Positions 1 through 17,700 of a DNA stretch of 64,000 nucleotides are shown here, one piece after another (the first letter of the stretch is position 1; the number at the start of each line of letters is the position of its first letter). The stretch is from the human T2T-CHM13v2.0 reference genome, Homo sapiens. A program made the translations under genes and the position numbers. Location of the stretch: NCBI RefSeq assembly GCF_009914755.1, contig NC_060927.1. One strand, given 5' to 3'. A model generated the notes under the pieces. The model saw only the letters and a list, made by a program, of their open reading frames with translations. It ran no database searches and was not told the origin of the DNA.

Positions 1-1369
1 TCTATACTGAACAAAAAATATCAAAGTACCCAAAGCATGTATTATATACTGTACATAAAATATGAAAGTATATCAAATATATATTTTATTCTGTACATAA
101 AATATCAAAGTACACCAGATATATATTCTATAGTGTACATAAAATATCAAAGTACCCAAACTATACATTATATACTGTACATAAAATATGAAATTACATC
201 AAATATATATTAGGTACATAAAATATGAAAGAACATCAAACATAGATTATATACTGTACAAAAAATATCAAAGTACCCCAAATATATATTATATACTCTA
301 CATGAAATATCAAATTTCACAAACTATATATTATATACTGTACATAAAATATCAAAGTACCCAAGGTATATATTCTATACTGTACAAAAAATATCAAAGT
401 ACCCAAAGCATGTATTATATACTGTATATAAAATATGAAAGTACATCAAATATATATTTTATTCTGTACATAAAATATCAAAGTACACCAGATATATATT
501 CTATAGTGTACATAAAATAACAAAGTACACAAACTATAAATTATATACTGTACATAAAATATGAAATTACATCAAATATATATTAGGTACATAAAATATG
601 AAAGTACATCAAATATAGATTATATACTGTACATATAATATCAATGTACCCGAAATATATATTTTATACTCTACATGAAATATCAAAGTTCACAAACCAT
701 ATATTATATACTGTGCATAAAATATCAAAGTACCCAAGGTATATATTCTATACTGTACAAAAAATATCAAAGTACCCAAAGCATGTATTATATACTGTAC
801 ATAAAATATGAAATTACATCAAATATATATTTTATTCTGTACATAAAATATCAAAGTACACCAGATATATATTCTATAGTGTACATAAAATATCAAAGTA
901 CCCAAACTATACATTATATACTGTACATAAAATGTGAAATTACATCAAATATATATTATATTAGGTACATAAAATATGAAAGTACATCAAATATAGATTA
1001 TATACTGTACATTAAATACCAATATACCCCAAATATATATTTTATACTGTACATGAAATATCAAAGTTCACACACTATATATTATATATTGTACATAAAA
1101 TATCAAAGTACCCAAGGTATATATTCTATACTGTACAAAAAACATCAAAGTACCCAAAGCATGTATTATATACTGTACATAAAATATGAAAGTACATCAA
1201 ATATATATTTTATTCTGTACATAAAATATCAAAGTACACCAGATATATATTCTATAGTGTACATAAAATATCAAAGTACCCAAACTATACATTATATACT
1301 GTACATAAAATATGAAATTACATCAAATATATATTATATTAGGTACATAAAATAAGAAAGTACATCAAA

Positions 1370-4200
1370 TATAGATTATATACTGTACATAAAATATCAA
1401 AGTACCCCAAATATATATTATATACTCTACATGAAATATCAAAGTTCACAAACTATATATTATATACTGTATATAAAATATCAAAGTACCCAAGGTATAT
1501 ATTCTATACTGTACAAAAAATATCAAAGTATCCAAAGCATGTTTTATATACTGTATATAAAATATGAAAGTACATTAAAGATATATTTTATTCTGTACAT
1601 AAAATATCAAAATACACCAGACATATATTCTATAGTGTACATAAAATAACAAAGTACACAAATTATAAATTATATACTGTACATAAAATATGAAATTACA
1701 TCAAATATATATTAGGTACATAAAATATGAAAGTACATCAAATATAGATTATATACTGTACATATAATATCAATGTACCCCAAATATATATTTTATACTC
1801 TACATGAAATATCAAAGTTCACAAACCATACATTATATACTGTACATAAAATATCAAAGTACCCAAGTTATATATTCTATACTGTACAAAAGATATCAAA
1901 GTACCCAAAGCATGTATTATATACTGTGTATAAAATATGAAAGTACATCAAATATATATTATATACTGTACATAAAATATCAAAGTACACCAGATATATA
2001 TTTTATAGTGTACATAAAATATCAAAGTACCCAAACTATACATTATATACTGTACATAAAATATGAGATTACATCAAATATATATTATATTAGGTACATA
2101 AAATATGAAAGTACATCAGATATAGATTATATACTGTACATAAAATATCAAAGTACCCCAAATATATATTATATACTCTACATGAAATATCAAAGTTCAC
2201 AAACTATACATTATATACTGTACATAAAATATCAAAGTACCCAAGGTATATATTCTATACTGTACAAAAAATATCAAAATACCCAAAGCATGTATTATAT
2301 ACTGTATATAAAATATGAAAATACATTAAATATATATTTTATTCTGTACATAAAATATCAAAGTACACCAGATATATATTCTATAGTGTACATAAAATAA
2401 CAAAGTACACAAACTATAAATTATATACTGTACGTAAAATATGAAATTACATCAAATATATATTAGGTACATAAAATATGAAAGTACATCAAATATAGAT
2501 TATATACTGTACATATAATATCAATGTACCCCAAATATATATTTTATACTCTACATGAAATATCAAAGTTCACAAACCATACATTATATACTTTCCATAA
2601 AATATCAAAGTACCCATGGCATATATTCTATACTGTACAAAAGATATCAAAGTACCCAAAGCATGTATTATATACTGTACATAAAATATGAAAGTACATC
2701 AAATATATATTTTATTCTGTACATAAAATATCAAAGTACACCAGATATATATTCTATAGTGTACATAAAATATCAAAGTACCCAAACTATATATTATATA
2801 CTGTACATAAAATATGAAATTACATCAAATATGTATTATATTAGGTACATAAAATATGAAAGTACATCAAATATAGATTATATACCATACATAAAATATC
2901 AAAGTACCCCAAATATATATTATATACTATACATGAAATATCAAATATCACAAACTATATATTATATACTGTACATAAAATATCAAAGTACCCAATGTAT
3001 ATATTCTATAGTGTACAAAAAATATCAAAGTACCCAAAGCATGTATTATATACTGTACATAAAATATAAAAGTACATCAAATATATATTTTATTCTGTAC
3101 ATAAAATATGAAAGTACACCAGATATATATTCTATAGTGTACATAAAATATCAAAGTACCCAAACTATACATTATATACTGTACATAAAATATGAAATTA
3201 CATCAAATATATATTATATTAGGTACTTAAAATATGAAAGTACATCAAATATAGATTATATACTGTACATAAAATATCAAAGTACCCCAAATATATATTA
3301 TATACTCTACATGAAATATCAAAGTTCACAAACTATATATTATATACTGTACATAAAATATCAAAGTACCCAAGGTATATATTCTATACTGTACAAAAAA
3401 TATCAAAGTATCCAAAGCATGTTTTATATACTGTATATAAAATATGAAAGTACATTAAAGATATATTTTATTCTGTACATAAAATATCAAAATACACCAG
3501 ATATATATTCTATAGTGTACATAAAATAACAAAGTACAGAAACTATAAATTATATACTGTACATAAAATATGAAATTACATCAAATATATATTAGGTACA
3601 TAAAATATGAAAGTACATCAAATATAGATTATATACTGTACATATAATATCAATGTACCCCAAATATATATTTTATACTCTACATGAAATATCAAAGTTC
3701 ACAAACCATACATTATATACTGTACATAAAATATCAAAGTACCCAAGTTATATATTCTATACTGTACAAAAGATATCAAAGTACCCAAAGCATGTATTAT
3801 ATACTGTATATAAAATATGAAAGTACATCAAATATATATTATATACTGTACATAAAATATCAAAGTACACCAGATATATATTTTATAGTGTACATAAAAT
3901 ATCAAAGTACCCAAACTATACATTATATACTGTACATAAAATATGAGATTACATCAAATATATATTATATTAGGTACATAAAATATGAAAGTACATCAGA
4001 TATAGATTATATACTGTACATAAAATATCAAAGTACCCCAAATATATATTATATACTCTACATGAAATATCAAAGTTCACAAACTATATATTATATACTG
4101 TACATAAAATATCAAAGTACCCAAGGTATATATTCTATACTGTACAAAAAATATCAAAATACCCAAAGCATGTATTATATACTGTATATAAAATATGAAA
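1370..4200 (+). repeat. Local duplication with 1880-bp offset (about 1370-2320 vs 3250-4200)
   Basis: Shared rare variants at constant offset: GCATGTTTTA and CATTAAAGATA (about 1540-1580 / 3420-3460), CCCAAGTTA, ATGAGATTAC, CATCAGATA. ORF starts 1804 vs 3684. 1880 = 3x378 + 2x373. Confidence 0.85.
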
Positions 4201-7200
4201 GTACATCAAATATATATTTTATTCTGTACATAAAATATCAAAGTACACCAGATATATATTCTATAGTGTACATAAAATATCAAAGTACCCAAACTATACA
4301 TTATATACTGTACATAAAATATGAAATTACAGCAAATATATATTATATTAGGTACATAAAATATGAAAGTACATCAAATATAGATTATATACTGTACATT
4401 AAATACCAAAGTACCCCAAATATATATTTTATACTGTACATGAAATATCAAAGTTCACAAACTATATATTATATACTGTACATAAAATATCAATGTACCC
4501 AAGGTATATATTCTATACTGCACAAAAAATATCAAAGTACCCAAAGCATGTATTATATACTGTATATAAAATATGAAAGTACATCAAATATATATTTTAT
4601 TCTGTACATAAAATATCAAAGTACACCAGATATATATTCTATAGTGTACATAAAATATCAAAGTACCCAAACTATACATTATATACTGTACATAAAATAT
4701 GAAATTACATCAAATATATATTATATTAGGTACATAAAATACGAAAGTACATCAAATATAGATTATATACTGTACATAAAATATCAAAGTACCCCAATAT
4801 ATATTATATACTGTACATGAAATATCAAAGTTCACAAACTATATATTATGTACTGTACATAAAATATCAAAGTACCCAAGGTATATATTCTATACTGTAC
4901 AAAAAATATCAAAGTACCCAAAGCATGTATTATATAATGTACATAAAATATGAAAGTACATCAAATATATATTTTATTCTGTACATAAAATATCAAAGAA
5001 CACCAGATATATATTCTATAGTGTACATAAAATATCAAAGTACCCAAACTATACATTATATACTGTACATAAAATATGAAATTACATCATATATATATTA
5101 GGTACATAAAATATGAAAGTACATCAAATATATATTTTATTCTGTACATAAAATATCAAAGTACACCAGATATATATTCTATAGTGTACATAAAATAACA
5201 AAGTACACAAACTATAAATTATATACTGTACATAAAATATGAAATTACATCAAATATATATTAGGTACATAAAATATGAAAGTACATCAAATATAGATTA
5301 TATACTGTACATATAATATCAATGTACCCGAAATATATATTTTATACTCTACATGAAATATCAAAGTTCACAAACCATATATTGTATACTGCACATAAAA
5401 TATCAAAATACCCAAGGTATATATTCTATACTGTACAAAAAATATCAAAGTACCCAAAGCATGTATTATATACTGTACATAAAATATGAAAGTACATCAA
5501 ATATATATTTTATTCTGTACATAAAATATCAAAGTACACCACATATATATTCTGTAGTGTACATAAAATATCAAAGTACCCAAACTATATATTATATACA
5601 GTACATAAAATATGAAATTACATCAAATATGTATTATATTAGGTACATAAAATATGAAAGTACATCAAATATAGATTATATACCGTACATAAAATATCAA
5701 AGTACCCCAAATATATATTATATACTATACATGAAATATCAAATATCACAAACTATATATTATATACTGTACATAAAATATCAAAGTACCCAATGTATAT
5801 ATTCTATAGTGTACAAAAAATATCAAAGTACCCAAAGCATGTATTATATACTGTACATAAAATATAAAAGTACATCAAATATATATTTTATTCTGTACAT
5901 AAAATATGAAAGTACACCAGATATATATTCTATAGTGTACATAAAATATCAAAGTACCCAAACTATACATTATATACTGTACATAAAATATGAAATTACA
6001 TCAAATATATATTATATTAGGTACTTAAAATATGAAAGTACATCAAATATAGATTATATACTGTACATAAAATATCAAAGTACCACAAATATATATTATA
6101 TACTGTACATGAAATATCAAAGTTCACAACTATATATTATATACTGTACATAAAATATCAAAGTCCCCAAGGTATATATTCTATACTGTACAAAAAATAT
6201 CAAAGTACACAAAGCATGTATTATATACTGTACATAAAATATGAAATTACATCAAATATATATTATATTAGGTACATAAAATATGAAAGTACATCAAATA
6301 TAGATTATATACTGTACATAAAATATCAAAGTACCCCAAGTATATATTATATACTGTACATGTAATATCAAAGTTCACAACTATATATTACATACTGTAC
6401 ATAAAATATCAAAGTACCCAAGGTATATATTCTATACTGTACAAAAAATATCAAAGTACCCAAAGCATGTATTATATACTGTACATAAAATATGAAAGTA
6501 CATCAAATATATATTTTATTCTGTACATAAAATATCAAAGTACACCAGATATATATTCTATAGTGTATATAAAATATCAAAGTACCCAAACTATACATTA
6601 TATACTGTACATAAAATATGAAATTACATCAAATATATATTATATTAGGTACATAAAATATGAAAGTACATGAAGTATAGATTATATACTGTACATAAAA
6701 TATCAAAGTACCCCAAATTTATATTATATACTATACATGAAATATCAAAGTTCACAAACTATATATTATATACTGTACATAAAATATCAAAGTACCCAAG
6801 GTATATATTCTATAGTGTACAAAAAATATCAAAGTACCCAAAGCATGTATTATATACCGTACATAAAATATAAAATTACATCAAATATATATTTTATTCT
6901 GTACATAAAATATCAAAGTACACCAGATATATATTCTATAGAGTACATAAAATATCAAAGTACCCAAACTATACATTACATACTGTACATAAAATATGAA
7001 ATTACATCAAATATATATTATAATAGGTACATAAAATATGAAAGTACATCAAATATAGATTACATACTGTACATTAAATACGAAAGTACCCCAAATATAT
7101 ATTTTATACTGTACATGAAATATCAAAGTACCCAAGGTATATATTCTATACTGTACAAAAAATATCAAAGTACCCAAACATGTATTACAAACTGTACATA

Positions 7201-8951
7201 AAATATGAAAGTCCATCAAATATATATTTTATTCTGTACATAGAATATCAAAGTACACCAGATATATATTCTATAGTGAACATAAAATATCAAAGTACCC
7301 AAACTATACATTATATACTGTACATAAAATATGAAATTACATCAAATATATATTATATTAGGTACATAAAATATGAAAGTACATCAAATATAGATTATAT
7401 ACTGTACATTAAGTACCAAAGTACCCCAAATATATATTTTATACTGTACATGAAATATCAAAGTTCACAAACTATATATTATATACTGTACATAAAATAT
7501 GAAAGTACCCAAGGTATATACTCTATACTGTACAAAAAATATCAAAGTACCCAAAGCATGTATTATATACTGTACATAAAGTAAGAAAGTACATCAAATA
7601 TATATTTTATTCTGTACATAAAATATCAAGGTACACCAGATATATATTCTATAGTGTACATAAAATATCAAAGTACCCAAACTATAAATTATATACTGTA
7701 CATAAAATATGAAATTACATCAAATATATATTATATTAGGTACATAAAATATGAAAGTACATCAAATATAGATTATATACTCTACATTAAATACCAAAGT
7801 ACCCCAAATATATGTTTTATACTGTACATGAAATATCAAAGTTCACAAAGTATATATTATATACTGTACATAAAATATCAAAGTACCCAAGGTATATATT
7901 CTATACTGTACAAAAGATATCAAAGTACCCAAAGCATGTATTATATACTGTACATAAAATATGAAAGTACATCATATATATATTTTATTCTGTACATAAA
8001 ATATTAAACTATGCCAGATATATATTCTATAGTGTACATAAAATATCAAAGTACCCAAACTATACATTATATACTGTACATAAAATATGAAATTACATCA
8101 AATATATATTAAGTACATAAAATATGAAAGTACATCAAATATAGATTATATACTGTACATAAAATATCAATGTACACCAAATATATATTATATACTCTAC
8201 ATGAAATATCAAAGTTCACAAACTATATATTATATACTGTCCATAAAATATCAAAGTACCCAAGGTATATATTCTATACTGTACAAAAAATATCAAAGTA
8301 AACAAAGCATGTATTATATACTGTACCTAAAATATGAAAGTACATCAAATATATATTTTATTCTGTACCTAAAATATCAAAGTACACCAGATATATATTC
8401 TATAGTGTATATAAAATATCAAAGTACCCAAACTATACATTATATACTGTACATAAAATATGAAATTACATCAAATATATATTATATTAGGTACATAAAA
8501 TATGAAAGTACATGAAGTATAGATTATATACTGTACATAAAATATCAAAGTACCCCAAATTTATATTATATACTATACATGAAATATCAAAGTTCACAAA
8601 CTATATATTATATACTGTACATAAAATATCAAAGTACCCAAGGTATATATTCTATAGTGTACAAAAAATATCAAAGTACGCAAAGCATGTATTATATACC
8701 GTACATAAAATATGAAATTACATCAAATATATATTTTATTCTGTACATAAAATATCAAAGTACACCAGATATATATACTATAGTGTACATAAAATATCAA
8801 AGTACCCAAACTATACATTATACACTGCACATAAAATATGAAATTACATCAAATATATATTAGGTACATAAAATATGAAAGTACATCAAATATAGATTAT
8901 ATACTGTAAATATAATATCAATGTACCCCAAATATATATTTTATACTCTAC

Positions 8952-9329
8952 ATGAAATATCAAAGTTCACAAACCATATATTATATACTGTACATAAAAT
9001 ATCAAAGTACCCAAGGTATATATTCTATACTGTACAAAAAATATCAAAGTACCCAAAGCATGTATTATATACTGTACATAAAATATGAAAGTACATCAAA
9101 TATATATTTTATTCTGTACATAAAATATCAAAGTACACCAGATATATATTCTATAGTGTACATAAAATATCAAAGTACCCAAACTATACATTATATACTG
9201 TACATAAAATATGAAATTACATCAAATATATATTATATTAGGTACATGAAATTTGAAAGTACATCAAATATAGATTATATACTGTACATTAAATACCAAA
9301 GTACCCCAAATATATATTTTATACTGTAC
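8952..9329 (+). repeat. Representative 378-bp (9 x 42 bp) higher-order repeat unit; about 165-170 such units tile the window
   Basis: Nine distinguishable monomers recur in fixed order (AGTTCACAAAC, CCCAAGGTA, CCCAAAGCATG, CATCAAATATATATTTTATTC, CACCAGATA, CCCAAACTATACA, GAAATTACATC..TAGG, CATCAAATATAGATT, CCCCAAATA). The ATGAAATATCAAAGTTCAC anchor recurs at 8952 and 9330, and the long ORFs have a 126-aa period. A 378-bp period is the known HSat1A higher-order period. Confidence 0.95.
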
Positions 9330-12300
9330 ATGAAATATCAAAGTTCACAAACTATATATTATATACTGTACATAAAATATCAATGTACCCAAGGTATATA
9401 TTCTATACTGCACAAAAAATATCAAAGTACCCAAAGCATGTATTATATACTGTATATAAAATATGAAATTACATCAAATATATATTTTATTCTGTACATA
9501 AAATATCAAAGTACACCAGATATATATTCTATAGTGTACATAAAATAACAAAGTACACAAACTATAAATTATATACTGTACATAAAATATGAAATTACAT
9601 CAAATATATATTAGGCACATAAAATATGAAAGTACATCAAATATAGATTATATACTGTACATATAATATCAATGTACCCGAAATATATATTTTATACTCT
9701 ACATGAAATATCAAAGTGCACAAACCATATATTGTATACTGCACATAAAATATCAAAATACCCAAGGTATATATTCTATACTGTACAAAAAATATCAAAG
9801 TACCCAAAGCAGGTATTATATACTGTAAATAAAATATGAAAGTACATCAAATATATATTTTATTCTGTACATAAAATATCAAAGTACACCAGATATATAT
9901 TCTATAGCGTACATAAAATATCAAAGTACACAAACTGTACATTATATACTGTATATAAAATATGAAATTAAATCAAATATATATTATATTAGGTACATAA
10001 AATATGAAAGTACATCAAATATAGATTATATACTGTACATTAAATACCAAAGTACCCCAAATATATATTTTATACTGTACATGAAATTTCAAAGTTCACA
10101 AACTATATATTATATACTGTACATAAAATTTCAAAGTACCCAAGGTATATATTCTATAGTGTACAAAAAATATCAAAGTTCCCAAAGCATGTATTATATA
10201 CCGTACATAAAATATAAAATTACATCAAATATATATTTTATTCTGTACATAAAATATCAAAGTACACCAGATATATATACTATAGTGTACATAAAATATC
10301 AAAGTACCCAAACTATACATTATACACTGTACATAAAATATGAAATTACATCAAATATATATTAGGTACATAAAATATGAAAGTACATCAAATATAGATT
10401 ATATACTGTAAATATAATATCAATGTACCCCAAATATATATTTTATACTCTATATGAAATATCAAAGTTCACAAACCATATATTATATACTGTACATAAA
10501 ATATCAAAGTACCAAAGGTATATATTCTATACTGTACAAAAAATATCAAAGTACCCAAAGCATGTATTATATACTGTACATAAAATATGAAAGTACATCA
10601 AATATATATTTTATTCTGTACATAAAATATCAAAGTACACCAGATATATATTGTATAGTGTACATAAAATATCAAAGTACCCAAACTATACATTATATAC
10701 TGTACATAAAATATGAAATTACATCAAATATATATTATATTAGGTACATGAAATATGAAAGTACATCAAATATAGATTATATACTGTACATAAAATATGA
10801 AAGTACCCCAAATATATATTATATACTCTACATGAAATATCAAAGTTCACAAACTATATATTATATACTGTACATAAAATATCAAAGTACCCAAGGTATA
10901 TATTCTATACTGTACAAAAAATATCAAAGTATCCAAAGCAGGTATTATATACTGTATATAAAATATGAAAGTACATCAAATATATATTATATTCTGTACA
11001 TAAAATATCAAAGTACACCAGATATATATTCTATAGTGTACATAAAATATCAAGGTACCCAAACTATATATTATATACTGTACATAAAATATGAAATTAC
11101 AGCAAATATATATTATATTAGGTACATAAAATATGAAAGTACATCAAATATAGATTATATACTGTACATTAAATACCAAAGTACCCCAAATATATATTTT
11201 ATACTGTACATGAAATATCAAAGTTCACAAACTATATATTATATACTGTACATAAAATATCAATGTACCCAAGGTATATATTCTATACTGCACAAAAAAT
11301 ATCAAAGTACCCAAAGCATGTATTATATACTGTATATAAAATATGAAAGTACATCAAATATATATTTTATTCTGTACATAAAATAACAAAGTACACCAGA
11401 TATATATTCTATAGTGTACATAAAATATCAAAGTACCCAAACTATACATTATATACTGTACATAAATATGAAATTACATCAAATATATATTATATTAGGT
11501 ACATAAAATATGAAAGTACATGAAGTATAGATTATATACTGTAGATAAAATATCAAAGTACCCCAAATTTATATTATATACTATACATGAAATATCAAAG
11601 TTCACAAACTATATATTATATACTGTACATAAAATATCAAAATACCCAAGGTATATATTCTATAGTGTACAAAAAATATCAAAGTACCCAAAGCATGTAT
11701 TATATACCGTACATAAAATATAAAATTACATCAAATATATATTTTATTCTGTACATAAAATATCAAAGTACACCAGATATATATACTATAGTGTACATAA
11801 AATATCAAAGTACCCAAACTATACATTATACACTGTACATAAAATATGAAATTACATCAAATATATATTAGGTACATAAAATATGAAAGTACATCAAATA
11901 TAGATTATATACTGTAAATATAATATCAATGTACCCCAAATATATATTTTATACTCTACATGAAATATCAAAGTTCACAAACCATATATTATATACTGTA
12001 CATAAAATATCAAAGTACCCAAGGTATATATTCTATACTGTGCAAAAAATATCAAAGTACCCAAAGCATGTATTATATACTGTATATAAAATATGAAAGT
12101 ACATCAAATATATATTTTATTCTGTACATAAAATGTCAAAGTACACCAGATATATATTCTATAGTGTACATAAAATATCAAAGTACCCAAACTATACATT
12201 ATATACTGTACATAAAATATGAAATTACATCAAATATATATTAAGTACATAAAATATGAAAGTACATCAAATATAGATTATATAGTGTACATAAAATATC

Positions 12301-14779
12301 AATGTACACCAAATATATATTATATACTCTACATGAAATATCAAAGTTCACAAACTATATATTATATACTGTCCATAAAATATCAAAGTACCCAAGGTAT
12401 ATATTTTATACTGTACAAAAAATATCAAAGTACCCAAAGCATGTATTATATACTATACATAAAATATGAAAGTACATCAATTATATATTTTATTCTGTAC
12501 ATAAAATATCAAAGTACACCAGATATATATTCTACAGTGTATATAAAATATCAAAGTACCCAAACTATACATTATATACTGTACATAAAATATGAAATTA
12601 CATCAAATATATATTATATTAGGTACATAAAATATGAAAGTACTTGAAGTATAGATTATATACTGTACATAAAATATCAAAGTACCCCAAATTTATATTA
12701 TATACTATACATGAAATATCAAAGTTCACAAACTATATATTATATACTGTACATAAAATATCAAAGTACCCAAGGTATATATTCTATAGTGTACAAAAAA
12801 TATCAAAGTACCCAAAGCATGTATTATATACCGTACGTAAAATATAAAATTACATCAAATATATATTTTATTCTGTACATAAAATATCAAAGTACACCAG
12901 ATATATATACTATAGTGTACATAAAATATCAAAGTACCCAAACTATACATTATACACTGCACATAAAATATGAAATTACATCAAATATATATTAGGTACA
13001 TAAAATATGAAAGTACATCAAATATAGATTATATACTGTAAATATAATATCAATGTACCCCAAATATATATTTTATACTCTACATGAAATATCAAAGTTC
13101 ACAAACCATATATTATATACTGTAAATAAAATATCAAAGTACCCAAGGTATATATTCTATACTGTACAAAAAATATCAAAGTACCCAAAGCATGTATTAT
13201 ATACTGTACATAAAATATGAAAGTACATCAAATATATATTTTATTCTGTACATAAAATATCAAAGTACACCAGATATATATTCTATAGTGTACATAAAAT
13301 AACAAAGTACACAAACTATAAATTATATCCTGTACATAAAATATGAAATTACATCAAATATATATTAGGTACATAAAATATGAAAGTACATCAAATATAG
13401 ATTATATACTGTACATTAAGTACCAAAGTACACCAAATATATATTTTATTCTGTATATAAAATATCAAAGTACACCAGATATATATTCTATAGTGTACAT
13501 AAAATATCAAAGTACCCAAACTATACATTATATACTGTACATAAAATATGAAATTACAGCAAATATATATTATATTAGGTAAATGAAATATGAAAGTACA
13601 TCAAATATAGATTATATACTGTACATAAAATATGAAAGTACCCCAAATATATATTATATACTCTACATGAAATATCAAAGTTCACAAACTATATATTATA
13701 TACTGTACATAAAATATCAAAGTACCCAAGGTATATATTCTATACTGTACAAAAAATATCAAAGTATCCAAAGCATGTATTATATACTGTATATAAAATA
13801 TGAAAGTACATCAAATATATATTTTATTCTGTACATAAAATATCAAAGTACACCAGATATATATTCTATAGTGTACATAAAATATCAAAGTACCCAAACT
13901 ATACATTATATACTGTACATAAAATATGAAATTACATCAAATATATATTATATTAGGTACATAAAATACGAAAGTACATCAAATATAGATTATATACTGT
14001 ACATAAAATATGAAAGTACCCCAATATATATTATATACTCTACATGAAATATCAAAGTTCACAAACTATATATTATGTACTGTACATAAAATATCAAACT
14101 ACCCAAGGTATATATTCTATACTGTACAAAAAATATCAAAGTACCCAAAGCATGTATTATATAATGTACATAAAATATGAAAGTACATCAAATATATATT
14201 TTATTCTGTACATAAAATATCAAGGAACACCAGATATATATTCTATAGTGTACATAAAATATCAAAGTACCCAAACTATACATTATATACTGTACATAAA
14301 ATATGAAATTACAGCAAATATATATTATATTAGGTACATAAAATATGAAAGTACATCAAATATAGATTATATACTGTACATTAAATACCAAAGTACCCCA
14401 AATATATATTTTATACTGTACATGAAATATCAAAGTTCACAAACTATATATTATATACTGTACATAAAATATCAATGTACCCAAGGTATATATTCTATAC
14501 TGCACAAAAAATATCAAAGTACCCAAAGCATGTATTATATACTGTATATAAAATATGAAAGTACATCAAATATATATTTTATTCTGTACATAAAATATCA
14601 AAGTACACCAGATATATATTCTATAGTGTACATAAAATAACAAAGTACACAAACTATAAATTATATCCTGTACATAAAATATGAAATTACATCAAATATA
14701 TATTAGGTACATAAAACATGAAAGTACATCAAATATAGATTATATACTGTACATTAAGTACCAAAGTACACCAAATATA

Positions 14780-17700
14780 TATTTTATTCTGTACATAAAA
14801 TATCAAAGTACACCAGATATATATTCTATAGTGTACATAAAATATCAAAGTACCCAAACTATACATTATATACTGTACATAAAATATGAAATTACATCAA
14901 ATATATATTATATTAGGTAAATGAAATATGAAAGTACATCAAATATAGATTATATACTGTACATAAAATATGAAAGTACCCCAAATATATATTATATACT
15001 CTACATGAAATATCAAAGTTCACAAACTATATATTATATACTGTACATAAAATATCAAAGTACCCAAGGTATATATTCTATACTGTACAAAAAATATCAA
15101 AGTATCCAAAGCATGTATTATATACTGTATATAAAATATGAAAGTACATCAAATATATATTTTATTCTGTACATAAAATATCAAAGTACACCAGATATAT
15201 ATTCTATAGTGTACATAAAATATCAAAGTACCCAAACTATACATTATATACTGTACATAAAATATGAAATTACAGCAAATATATATTATATTAGGTACAT
15301 AAAATATGAAAGTACATCAAATATAGATTATATACTCTACATTAAATACCAAAGTACCCCAAATATATATTTTATACTGTACATGAAATATCAAAGTTCA
15401 CAAACTATATATTATATACTGTACATAAAATATCAATGTACCCAAGGTATATATTCTATACTGCACAAAAAATATCAAAGTACCCAAAGCATGTATTATA
15501 TACTGTATATAAAATATGAAAGTACATCAAATATATATTTTATTCTGTACATAAAATATCAAAGTACACCAGATATATATTCTATAGTGTACATAAAATA
15601 TCAAAGTACCCAAACTATACATTATATACTGTACATAAAATATGAAATTACATCAAATATATATTATATTAGGTACATAAAATACGAAAGTACATCAAAT
15701 ATAGATTATATACTGTACATAAAATATGAAAGTACCCCAATATATATTATATACTCTACATGAAATATCAAAGTTCACAAACTATATATTATGTACTGTA
15801 CATAAAATATCAAACTACCCAAGGTATATATTCTATACTGTACAAAAAATATCAAAGTACCCAAAGCATGTATTATATAATGTACATAAAATATGAAAGT
15901 ACATCAAATATATATTTTATTCTGTACATAAAATATCAAAGAACACCAGATATATATTCTATAGTGTACATAAAATATCAAAGTACCCAAACTATACATT
16001 ATATACTGTACATAAAATATGAAATTACATCATATATATATTAGGTACATAAAATATGAAAGTACATCAAATATATATTATATTCTGTACATAAAATATC
16101 AAAGTACACCAGATATATATTCTATAGTGTACATAAAATAACAAAGTACACAAACTATAAAATATATACTGTACATAAAATATGAAATTACATCAAATAT
16201 ATATTAGGTACATAAAATATGAAAGTACATCAAATATAGATTATATACTGTACATATAATATCAATGTACCCGAAATATATATTTTATACTCTACATGAA
16301 ATATCAAAGTTCACAAACCATATATTGTATACTGCACATAAAATATCAAAATACACAAGGTATATATTCTATACTGTACAAAAAATATCAAAGTACCCAA
16401 AGCAGGTATTATATACTGTATATAAAATATGAAAGTACATCAAATATATATTTTATTCTGTACATAAAATATCAAAGTACACCAGATATATATTCTATAG
16501 TGTACATAAAATATCAAGGTACCCAAACTATATATTATATACTGTACATAAAATATGAAATTACAGCAAATATATATTATATTAGGTACATAAAATATGA
16601 AAGTACATCAAATATAGATTATATACTGTACATTAAATACCAAAGTACCCCAAATATATATTTTATACTGTACATGAAATATCAAAGTTCACAAACTATA
16701 TATTATATACTGTACATAAAATATCAATGTACCCAAGGTATATATTCTATACTGCACAAAAAATATCAAAGTACCCAAAGCATGTATTATATACTGTATA
16801 TAAAATATGAAAGTACATCAAATATATATTTTATTCTGTACATAAAATGTCAAAGTACACCAGATATATATTCTATAGTGTACATAAAATATCAAAGTAC
16901 CCAAACTATACATTATATACTGTACATAAAATATGAAATTACATCAAATATATATTAAGTACATAAAATATGAAAGTACATCAAATATAGATTATATAGT
17001 GTACATAAAATATCAATGTACACCAAATATATATTATATACTCTACATGAAATATCAAAGTTCACAAACTATATATTATATACTGTCCATAAAATATCAA
17101 AGTACCCAAGGTATATATTTTATACTGTACAAAAAATATCAAAGTACCCAAAGCATGTATTATATACTATACCTAAAATATGAAAGTACATCAAATATAT
17201 ATTTTATTCTGTACATAAAATATCAAAGTACACCAGATATATATTCTACAGTGTATATAAAATATCAAAGTACCCAAACTATACATTATATACTGTACAT
17301 AAAATATGAAATTACATCAAATATATATTTTATTCTGTACATAAAATGTCAAAGTACACCAGATATATATTCTATAGTGTACATAAAATATCAAAGTACC
17401 CAAACTATACATTATATACTGTACATAAAATATGAAATTACATCAAATATATATTAAGTACATAAAATATGAAAGTACATCAAATATAGATTATATAGTG
17501 TACATAAAATATCAATGTACACCAAATATATATTATATACTCTACATGAAATATCAAAGTTCACAAACTATATATTATATACTGTCCATAAAATATCAAA
17601 GTACCCAAGGTATATATTTTATACTGTACAAAAAATATCAAAGTACCCAAAGCATGTATTATATACTATACCTAAAATATGAAAGTACATCAAATATATA

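Noticed and set aside
7849-7865. Perfect short inverted repeat AGTATATA-T-TATATACT (also about 6339, 32023, 34871, 36372, 41545, 45143) as a terminator or cruciform
   Set aside because: An 8-bp AT-rich stem produced by one substitution in a TA-rich tract; too weak to call a functional structure.
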